Source of the DNA: Perna viridis | Lineage: Eukaryota | DNA length: 64,000 bases | Direction of reading: 5' to 3' | Assembly (NCBI GenBank): GCA_037379345.1 | Contig: CM074511.1 | Location: 15,686,001 to 15,750,000 of the forward strand | Translations under genes and position numbers: made by a program | In this document: positions 42,601 to 54,600 of the stretch, piece after piece | Layout of the letters: every line of letters starts with the position of its first letter | Numbering within the stretch: the first letter of the stretch is position 1 | The notes under the pieces: model-generated | The model's database searches: none | Told to the model about the DNA's origin: nothing | Seen by the model: the letters and a program-made list of their open reading frames with translations, nothing else

Positions 42601-45600
42601 TGATACTGCCCATTTGTGTTGAAATATACTGGAAATAATGAACCATTATTGAAGTGGATGTTTAGCACACTATAAAACCTAGTTTTATCCACCTTCATTT
42701 TGAAATGTGCCTGTACCAAGTCAGGACCATTACGGTGGTTTTCCAACTTTCTGGTTTTTGCCTTGATATTGCCATTTGTTATACAGACTTAACTTTAAGA
42801 CTTCTTTTGACTATAGCCAGATATTTTATCAGTTTGGTAATTTTTGTTATTACCCCACATTTAAGCACTTAGCATGCACAGAATTATAATAGAAACAAGT
42901 TTTTAGTATGTAAGAAATATGTGTTTTATCTCCAAGTAATTATTTTTTTTTAGTTATGGGAGTATGGTATTCCAGTATGCAAGGACTTGGCCAGTTACTA
43001 TGAAAATCATCATATGTACAGGAAACTCAGTGAAATTTTGGTATGTTCTATTATACCATTGCAATGACCTTGTCCATTCCTCTGTCCGTTACACTTTATT
43101 TTTTCTTAAAAAAGGAGTCATGCTAAAAATATTCTTGCAAGTTCAGACAATGGAACTTGTGAAGTAGTACACAAAAACTAAATGGAAATAGTATGGTTCA
43201 GATAAATACTTAGTTTTGAACTGTAGAACCTTAAGAATTTAAGATCAAACTAATGAAAGAAAACTTGATTGTAGGTTTATTGTCTCTAATTTAAAGACAT
43301 GAAATATATGACATACTTGTGATTATAATTGTATCATTATTTATGGTGTTCTGGACTTAGACTCTTTCATCACTTTGTGCATCCATAATTCCATCAAGTA
43401 TTCTATGAAGATGGCAACACTGTATGATATCAACAGAACATAAAAAATCAATCAATTTTTAATTCCATTAAAAAACTAAAGAGTGTGTCACTAATGTCAC
43501 ACCACAATAATATCATAGCTACTTGTGTTTTTTTTTGTTTTTTTTTGTCATAATACCAATATATTGATAATTGTAGCAAAGACAGGCATCGTTTTTCACT
43601 AAGATATTAGATGGAGTAGCAGTGTATGATGAAGGTGACCAACCAAAGTATTATCCTCGACAACGACCCTCATACTTCAGGGTGGCTTACTATGGCATGT
43701 CATTCCCTCCCTTTGTACAGGTAAAGATTTAATTCAGTCTGTGTATTAAACTGATGTTGTGTCACATATTTTATCAGTATCAAAATTCTGATATGCATCA
43801 AGCTTAAATATAGATTCTGTAATTACTCAAACTGTTCAGGTATTGACCTCTGTAGTAGTACATATTGTATCTACCTGGACCCATCCAGCTATTCTTTAAA
43901 TTAATATATTGATCAAATACATGCCTTTGTAGAAGAAAGCTCCTTGTTTTTCCACCTTGATCTTTTTTTTTAATTGATTTATTTCTGTGTGTCAGGAGTT
44001 TTTGACTTTTAACTGTGGAATTTATAGACAGGCGTATCACAAACTTTAGTACAGCATTTGTTTTATTATATAAAACAAATTTAGTACATGAGAGTTCATT
44101 TGATATTTACTTTTAGATCTGATTGTATATTTTCAGAATAAGGCCTTTATCTACAGAGGGGATGAGTGTCTGAAGCTACAAGATATTATTAACCAACTTA
44201 CTCAGGAGTTCCCGAATGCTGAAATACTTAAATCAAATAACCCCATTGAAGACAGTAAAAAGTATGGAGAGACACAATGTATCCTTGTCATATAACAGTA
44301 CAGGGTGGTGAACTTTGTCATATGACATTTAACAAGCATGAGATTACTAAAGCTCTACCAAATGGGCTAATGTAAACATACATTTTTGTGGTGTACTAAT
44401 TTTTGCTATTTTCACAGTGGACCATAAAGGGTAAAAACTAGTACATGTGAAATTGATTTTTAACTCTATATGATACTTATCATTGTTTGGAGCTTCAAAA
44501 ATAGATACTTACAAATTTATTCACTTGACAGAATCTACAAAAATTAGCAACCACAAAAAATAAATACATTTACAGTAAAAAATGGAATTTTCAGCTATCC
44601 ATGAAAGAAAGTGTTTTTGCTTGTCTTACATGGATAGTTGTCCATAATGAGAAAACTGATATATACAGATATTACTGTTAAGTAAGAACGATACAATATT
44701 TATGGTTCCTTTGTCTCTGTAATTTAAATACATACTGAATAGCTCATGTCAAAATCTTTATTGCATGCGGCATCAACCCGAAACTCCTATATAACCCAGC
44801 AGGCCGGTGGCCCTTGGGGTTATATAGGAGTTTCGGGTTGATGCTGCATGCAATACAGATTTTGACGTGTAATATTCAATATATCATATATTTTAACTTT
44901 ATTTCAAGTGTGTTCTATGTAGGGGTGTGATATTGGGTATGAGATATAGGTCTAGATGTGTGATATAGGTATGTGATATAGGGTTTAAATAAACACTTAT
45001 AATGCATGTGCAATGTGTATATTTTGATCTTTATATATGATATATGTAAATAAACCAGGGATTAGAAATCTTGATATTGATTTAAAATGATTTTTTTTCT
45101 TAAAAGCTAACATATCATCAGTTAAATCCTTAACTCGGTCTAGACATTCAAATAAGTGGTGTTAAACCAGTTTCTGACCCAAAGAACAGTTTCTCTGTTG
45201 ATCAGAACGTTCCTAGGGAAGTGGAGCAGTTCTATGAAAACAATGATGTTGATACATTTCAGATGGACCGGTCCTTCCATACAGGCAAGAAAGATAAGGA
45301 TAATGAATTTAAGGTATGTTGTAAATTTATAAAAACAATTTGATGATATTTCCACTTTTAAGGTCTTGTACTAACTATATATTGGGATATTGTCAATAGT
45401 ATTATTTTTGCACAAAAATATTTTTTTATGGAATCTCTGCATATGGCCTTATAGACCAGATTTCTACAATGAAAGTGTGATAGAAGGTGGGGTTACAGAT
45501 TTAACATTAGATCTTAATTGAATTTTACCATGAATAACTATAGAAAACTTTTCTATCAAAAGTTGTATACAATATTCAGTCAAAAAGTATCTGTTAATAT

Positions 45601-48600
45601 ATAGATATCTATGAAAATGAACATTGCATGGACTATTTGTAAGTTCTTTTTGATGCATCTTTAAGTACAGAACTGTACTTGAAATACACATCTTTTTAAC
45701 AGACACTTTGTACAGAGAGAACAACTTTAAAAACCAATCATAAGTTTCCTGGCATTTTACAATGGTATGAAGTCCTACAGAGTGAAACCACAACATTTTC
45801 TCCTGTTTCTACGGCAATTAATGCAATCAGAAGTGCTTGTCATGACTTAGAAGTCAGCGTTGAAACATGTAGAAGAAGCTGCAGTGATAGTAATATGAAA
45901 GACCTTAGCCGACAGTTGAATGGCATGATTACAGCTCAAGTCATGGGAGGAATACCAAAATACCAAGAGGTCTGTTTTATTTTCATTTAGTATTTTATAA
46001 AAGTAGAAGACTATTTTTACACTCAATAATCAAGTTATCTTGTGCTGACAACTTCCTTTTTAATCACTAAAACTTTATTGAACAATCAAGCAACAAACCT
46101 ATAGAAATACAAAGTATGAAGTATACAAGTAGTTTTTCACTCCATTTTTAAGGGAAAAAAATGTCGTGTTTCCAGTTTCCCAAATGATCCTGTTTAGACC
46201 CCTCCCCATTGCCCCTGCTGTTTCAAATGCCATTTTGAAAAAGGTTACCTGCCCACTCTCAATCAGTTTTTGGGGTTATTAGAAATATAACAATTTCACA
46301 CTGTTTTTAGACCTCAGCATATGATAAAGCTACTTCTACTTTCAGGCATTTTTCACAAAGCTACTTCTACTTTCAGGCATTTTTCACAGATGAATTTATC
46401 AGCACTCATCCTGAAGAAAGAGATAATATTCAAGCCCTGAAAGATGGAATCAATCAACAGGTAAAGAGTATACATCGAATTTCATATGAAGCAAAGGCTT
46501 TGAAATATAAGCCAAGAAAATTTATCAAGAATTTTACAGTCATATTTTTGTTGTTGTAATTTACCCCTAGAAATTTGGGAGATAATGGTTTAAGTTGTAG
46601 GATTGCTTTATGTGCTTGAAATAATAAACAATGAGTTAATAGTCCAGCAATCTGGGACAAGGTTCATTATCACCTGAAAATGATATTTGTTATTATACTG
46701 TTTTGTGTCCTATGTAATGAGTTGCAGGGATATAATGTTTTTGATTAATCCATCTGTTGGATTAACCATCTGTTCATCTGTTTTGCATAGCATTTTGACA
46801 CCTAGATAGTGCCTCTATTTTGACACCTAGATAGTGCCTCCATTTTGACACCTAGATAGTACCTCCATTTTGACACCTAGATATTGCCTCCATTTTTTAC
46901 CAATTTCCTTGTAATTCAAGTTAATGTTAGTTTTGATGGCATTGATATATTAGTCAAGGAAGACCACTTTTAGTAGGGGTGATAACGTAAATACAGTTGA
47001 TTTTGACTTGTTGCTTGGATTGCCCTTCCATTTTTTTTGACAGATTTCCTTCAAACTTTGGTGAATGGTTAGTAGAATAAAAGATTGGATGGGATTCGTT
47101 TACACTAAAATTGGTCAAGGGGGACCACTATTTTGGGTACAGGGAGACTTTTTTTTAAAGAGTCCAAATGTAGGCATGTTGGGTTTTGTGAGATTGCTTA
47201 CTAAAGTTCTTTTATTAATAAATGATTGATCTTTGATTTTAAGTGTCCTGATCATGTAATATTTGAGTGATAGGAAATAAAGGAAATATCAAACATCAAG
47301 ATGTTTTCTCAAACCCAGACTATATACATGTACATACATTCATGTCAGTAATTTAATGTGGATTGATTTTAAAATACAGATGAGCTTGCTGGAACAGGGC
47401 ATGGGAATTATGAAGAAAGATAGAAGTGATGGGCTGGACAGACTTGTTCAGAGTTTAGATGAAGAATTGAAGAAACTGATGAAGAAAGTGGGCTATAAAA
47501 AGGAGTTAAAATCAGTGAGTTATCATCCTTTGTTATACCCTTGATGTGTGGCCTACACAGGCTTAAAAGAATGTAAATCATTCTCATAGCCTTTATCACT
47601 TGTGGTACATTATATCTTAACCTTAACTATTTTATCACAAACAGATGTGTTTAAATTTTGATTTTACAAAAATCTGTTTCCATTACTCAAGTTTATGTGT
47701 CAACTTCGCTGGTATAATAACACAGTGATACTGATAGTGACAATCATATCTTTTTATGTCATATATTATAAGGCTATTTTATAGTTTGGCACATCCATTC
47801 TGTCCAATATGGCTATGTGGAATTGAATTAAAATTTTTGTTTCTTTTACTAGGCATTACATAATGATCTGAAGAAATGGGATTCAGGAATGGGTAGTTTT
47901 ATAGACCCTAGACCTGGTACACCCAACTCTCAACACTCCAGTGGAAGGTATGTACAGTCCTGACTGTCAATTTCAACCTTATAAAAGTAGCCTTTGGGGA
48001 TATACATATTATTGTAACAAATTTCGTAGTGTTTTGTCTGTTACAGAATCCTAAAAAATATGATATCAGTTGTCTTTTTATGAACAAATTATTTATCTAG
48101 AATTCGAAGTTTCTATGAGTTGAAATAATACAACTACAGTCTTGGGAATGTACTTTTTTACCACTGAGAACTATTGTAATGTATCAACTAACATCAATGG
48201 GCATTATTTAATATCAATTTTGTTTTTCTTAAAGATGAAAGCTGGGTTTATTTTTCTGCCAGTTATGTATTGTTGGGGTTGTTGTCGTCCTAAATTATTG
48301 AATACCCTCTCTATCTTCTCTATTTTACTATTTAAGTTGCAAAGATCTCTCAATTTCTTCCTCAAAGCAAAAGTATCCTTATTTTACCTTTTAGTAACAG
48401 ATCCTCAGTGATATCATCTGACTCCAGAGATAGAGAAGATTTGATTGATTTGTCTACAACGGTAGGTATACAGAAAACATAGTGAACAAAACCAACTATT
48501 GACTAAATATTCATATCCATATTGCATTTACAGTTCTAAATTTAAATTGAGCGAAGTGTTCTGTTGCTGACAGTTCAGGCTATGTAGGTTCTGTTGCTGA

Positions 48601-51600
48601 CAGTTCAGGCTATGAAGTGTTCTGTTGCTGACAGTTCAGGCTATGTAGGTGCTACATCAATTTTTATTTGCTCTAGACTCCTAAAAATGCTTTAAAAAGT
48701 AAAATCCGGTAGAAACTTAAAAATTCTTTTAATAACAGTTTAGAACTGCTTGCACTAAGTAACATTGCTTTGATAGTTAGAAAAGCAGTAGCTCAAATTA
48801 TTTACTCTGGTAGCTTCAGCCTGAGCAGATTTAGCATGGAGTTAGATTTTTAACGATGATTAATGATTATTAGTGCATGTATTTTATTATATGGTTAAGG
48901 AGATAGATTTATTTTGAATAGATTAGGGGTCTGAAAATTGTGTTGGTCCATATCAATTTTCTCAATGATGATATGACAAATTGCCATGTTATCCAAAACC
49001 TTGTAATGTGCAAATGAAATACCAATCATCTAATTTGCTAACTAGATTTTAAAAAGGCTCCAAAAACATGATGAAACTGGTAAGAAATTTCTTTTATGGT
49101 TATTTTTTTTCAAATGGGACTTAGTTTTAACTACAATGTAATTGTTATAACTTTTTTTTGTCATAATACTCTCTTGTTAGAGGAAAAAATAAGTATATAA
49201 TTAAAAGCAGGGTTGATGGACATTAAGATAGAACCAAAGATTGTCCTATATATCTTAAACTAATTATAATATTATGGTTGAGTTAGCAAGGAATCTTGGG
49301 CAAAACTACAATGATTTAGAAATTATCTAAAAATGACCTTGCCTATTTTTAATTATTTCTATGACTATTTCCAGACCCATGATAGAGGCTTTTGTTGTAG
49401 TAGCTGGTATTTATCATGTGCTGCTGACTTATCTTCTTGCTTATACATTCTGCTTAAGTTTATACAATTTATTAGCCATTACTTGTTGCTTTTGAGTTCT
49501 CATTGCTTGTCCATTTATTTTTCAATTATATCTGTAACCACACCATTAATCATTCAAAAGTTCTTTATAGGAAAATTTAATTTCACTAAAGAAGTTTTGG
49601 AAAATTTGTTTCATTTTTTTTTTTTCATTTTTTATGCAACAACTAAAACATTTAACATTTAATATTCAGTCATAGTGAATGGTTTGACAACAGTGTTGTG
49701 TAAAATTAGAAGGTAAACAACATTTTTTTTTACCAGGTTTTGCATATGCTTGAAAGAAACATTTATAACATAAACAGGTTTTGGAAAAATCTTCAAATTC
49801 AAATTGTTAAAACTTTTTTTAATCATTAATATTACAATTATCCCTTTTGTTTTGGAATTATTATTAAAGAATTATGGATAAATTAATTCAATTTGATAAT
49901 TGAAAGAAATTCTTGACTGTCTTTTTTCTACACATTGCACCTTTGCATGTTTGACACAGGATATACCAATCATTATTACCTCCCCTTCCAAGGTGGATAG
50001 GAGGCGATACAGCCATCATTTTCCTCCCCGGATACCAACATATCATCATGGTAGCAGACCTTTATCTCTGCAGTTTAGTGACCATATTTTCATTCAGGTA
50101 TACCTAAGATTTGTGGTTATGAATTATTGTCAGCATGTGGCTGCTCCATTAAAACATTTTCTTTATACCTATGGGAAATTTCAGATTTGTAAAATTACCT
50201 GTTTTATTGGCATGTTGACGCAAACTTTATTATTTGCTTATTTGTGGTTATAAAAATTATGCAAGGTTTTTTTCCCTTTTGGTGTTGTCTTTTTTTTAAA
50301 TTTTAAAAATTTTTTTTTTTTAGTGTGTGGTGGATAACTTGCATGCGCAGATTTAGTGTGTAGGATTATCATAAAATTGAATATGAGAATACATGTGCTA
50401 TAAATAACCAAGTAAAATCAAACACTCAAGCTTTTCAGGTTTGCTGAAGTGATATAAGTTGCATTGTTTTGTATAAACTTGTTAAAACTGAAATTTAATT
50501 TAGTTTTCAACAGTTAACAAGCTATACTGTTCATAAACATCTTTTATTTCTTGTAAATTTTGAATTTATTTTGAAAAATTTCTTTTGAGCTTTATATTTT
50601 TCCTACAGAAATATTTTGAAAAAATCAGCCGCAAAGGTTTCAAATATAACATTGAATTAAAAATACTGGTTGTTGAAAGTTAAAGGTGTGGAGGCAGAGA
50701 GTACCAGTCTTGTCAAACAATCAACAAACCTGATCATTTAAAAAATTTTAAAAAGTTTTTTAAGTTACAGTCTATATAAAAACACATTCACTTTTATTTG
50801 TAACTCAGAAGTATTTACAGACCACATAACCATATTAGTTTGTCATCAGATTTTCATAATGAATAGTGGGAATGACTGTTTGGTTTCTCAAAAAAACATA
50901 TCTGTATGCAGAAAGGACTATCATTTCATAAATATATAGCATATGTACACGAAAAAAAGAATTGTTTGTTCAGTGGGTTTTTCTATACCACAAATCACAT
51001 CCACCATTTTTATATGGACTGTTACTTAATTCATCTGAGTGGAGCTAGAACTCACCCTTATGGTGTTCATTTACATTATTTTTCAATAAGCTTATCTTTT
51101 GAGCTATTTATTTTTACAAGTAAAATATTTATAAAATGAAATATATATATATGTGTGGTCATAATTTAAATCAAAATACTCATGTACCGAATCAATTTAT
51201 ATCAAGCATTATACTGATTTTTTACTTCTCAAATTGAAAAATAGGAGATCAAAGACAAGAACAGGGATTGAATTCAAATATATCTAAATACAAGCTTATT
51301 GTTGTAAATTGTTAATATTGAACTCATTGATTTATGTTTAAATTCACCATTTTGATTACGAAGGACATAAAAATTACACATACCGAAATTCATGATACAT
51401 CATAGCAGTACACCTGTTTACGTATTATTTAGGTTCGGTATTGGTTTAAATGAACACAAAACTCTCTGACATATTGCATAATTGAACTACAAACTTCTAG
51501 TTGGACTTTCCCATTTCCTACATTCAATTTATTGACCTCCATATTGAAACTGTCTATCTACAGGTTATCACATAAACACCTATGTTTCATGTAAAAGCGC

Positions 51601-54600
51601 TGAGTTTCTGGGCACCTAGTTCCAGAGACATGTACATTAACATAAATGCAAAAGTCTTAGAATATACTGTAATTTCAACAATTATATCTGGTTCACGAAA
51701 CAATAACCACACACTTAAAGGCCCTGTTGCACCCACAGCTCTATTACCATAACACACGGCCAAATAGCCAAATAGAATGATTATTACAAAAAGCAATATC
51801 ACAAGATGGCAGATTGACACCATTCCTGAGAAATGCTTTATCGCAATTCCTATACCTTTGTCTAAGCAAAGTTTTATTTTTTCTAGTCATCTCTGGGCTT
51901 CTGATGTCATGAGGCGGTAACCGTTATAAAATACACAATACAGTTAGTGATACATCAGGATGGTTTAGGAGATTATGCTACACTTTTGTTAAAAAATAGC
52001 AACAAAAACATAAAAATTGAGCAGTAAATAATTGCATGGAACCCTTTTCTAAATATAAGTTTCTTGACTGCAATCATAAATATTTGGATCTGCTGGGGCC
52101 TGCATGAAATACCTAGACTAGAGACAGCTCTTACAATTGGTAATCAGCATTCTACTTTATATTTCATTTCTATGATAGATGACTATTTATAATCTCGTAG
52201 GGGCTTAATTTTTAGCTAAACATCAAATTGTTTATGAAAGCATTTGTATGCAACTTAAATATATAGACAGTGAACGACTAGTGTATTCCGGCAAATGCAT
52301 ATAAATGAACAGGTACTGGTAAGAGGTTAGAGGTCAACTGTTGTTTAATACAAACCAAATGAATTAGCATATTAAGTTGGCAGTAAAAGTTGTGTACTGG
52401 GTTTGTTTGTTGGTGTCAATAGCATAGAATTAAATTTGATTTATCAGAAATACCTACAGTAGACCTTACAATCTGCATTTATGCCCAACTTAATGATGTT
52501 TGCCAATGGGACTACTTTCCTGTGGAAAGATAATTGCAGATGCTAATAGGCTTTACAAATCTAAATGCCCTGGCAACTGCTGTATCAATTCTGATCTTCA
52601 ATCTAAATTGATAAAAAAAGCAGTCACAATGACATTTACCATGCATTAGAAAGTCAGAATTGACCTTTATGGAAGTATCACATTGGATTACAGTATTCAG
52701 TATACATGTGTTGTCATTTGAAGTGATATTTTAACCTTCTACTCACTTTGTCACTAAGGTCATCTTTCTCACAAACTAATATTACAGTGTACTAGTATAT
52801 AGAATTTAGCATGTTATACATGTAGTATAATATATAGATGTGTGTGTATGATGTAGTAGCTCTAACTCATTTAGATGGACTTTGTATTTGTTGTCATTGA
52901 AGGTATACAAATTTTTTTTCAGTTTGTGTGAGCTTCATAAACTGAGAGATAGAAACCTCTTTCATAATTTTATTCAATCTTACCAAGTTAGGTGTATTGA
53001 TTTCCAGTTTGAACTATGGTCTGTAAGTCTAACTCTCCCATATTAGGGGAGAATCATATCGGCTTTTCACAAATAAGGAAATTTTATACCAGGGTATTTC
53101 AGATAGTTTTTTTTTAAGTATATGTATATAAACATTATTGTTTTTTCAACTACAAAAATTATTTTAATATTTCTCATTTAATGATCTGGTTTTGTTGATT
53201 ACATCATTTATAAGGATGACATTGTGAACAATTTGTTCATCCCATTGGGGTTGTTGTCTCTTAGACATACTCACCACTTTCATTCTCCTTATGTTCTAAG
53301 TAGATAAAGTTTAAATCTAACTTTTATAATAACAACATAAAGCATGTGAGTAATGGTTTCAGAGTGAATGAATTCTGGGGCGTAATGGAACGTACGTTTA
53401 TTTATACTTCTTTTTAATTAAACATCCAGTACAATAATAAGAGTCAGGGCTCTCATTTTAGGTCTGAAGCAACCATTTGTTTTAAATGTCGTGATGCCAA
53501 CTATAGAAAAAACTTTCAATGGCTATTGATAAGGTGCCTTATTTGTCATTGATTAATTATAAAATGATGAAAAAGAGAATAATAGTGTGACCAAGAGGAG
53601 GTTACCTAGTACTTGGACATTCTGAAAGGATATGTATGATTCATCCTGGGACACTATTATAATACAACCATAAATGTACATTGATATAGTAATGTTGGTC
53701 TTTTTTTTTAGGCTGAGAGTCCCAGTACTGTGACAAGTAAACCACCAGTTGAACATCCAAAACGTAAGTATAATAATAGCACATTATAACTGAGATATGT
53801 ATGGAAAAGTGGTTTGGTGATCATACCATCAATGTTTTCACTGTCTACAGCTCTTACGTCAGATCCATTTAAGACAAGTTTGGTATTTTGTAAACCTCTG
53901 ATCTGAACACTCCAATGTTATAGCTGTAAACAACATAAACCATTTACTTTTTATTAAAGATACTGCTACTTATCATGTACTAACTGGCAATAAAAGGTAT
54001 GTCTGAAAGATTGTTAAAATTACCTTAGATAAATTAGTCCTATTGATAAAATCAGTTGTCATTATACTGTTAATTAGGGATGTTTAAATTTATCCTGATT
54101 GACTCTTTTTATCTTTGGATATACATGTACAAATGTATACTGGTTTATCATTTAAACTTTATTTTTTTCATATATTTATATTTATTTATAATATTAATTA
54201 TTTTTTCAGCTGTGATTGAACGTAATGTTCAACCAAGCAAATCACCACAAAGAAGTGCAACATCTGTGATATACAAAAAAAAACCACCGATACCCGACAG
54301 GAAGCGATCAGGTTTGTATTCAGGAATCCACATTGTCATATTTTCATTTTCTTGGTTACATTTAATTCAGTGATGGATCCAGAAGGGGGTTTGTTAGGGT
54401 TCTATCTCCCAGAATTCCTTCCCCTTTTCCAACAAAATTATGTTTATTTCATACAAAATTAGTGCAAAAATTATCAGATAAAGCCTTGAACCCCCTTTCC
54501 AATGATCAAATAAAAGCCTTTGAACCCCCTTTCCAAAATGCTTCAAAGAACATCTATTTTTCGTATGCTTCATTGTACATACTACTATTTTTCTCTGGTG

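Larger units (their letters stand above)
44279..45143 (+). other. U12-type (minor spliceosome) GT-AG intron
   Basis: 5' site GTATCCTTG; branch point TCCTTAAC at 45127-45134 just before TAG 45141-45143; no polypyrimidine tract; junction restores ...Q-Y-I-Q... Confidence 0.92.

Noticed and set aside
48373-48380. GTATCCTT U12-like donor sequence
   Set aside because: It sits in the acceptor tract of exon 48395/48401 with no exon ending before it.
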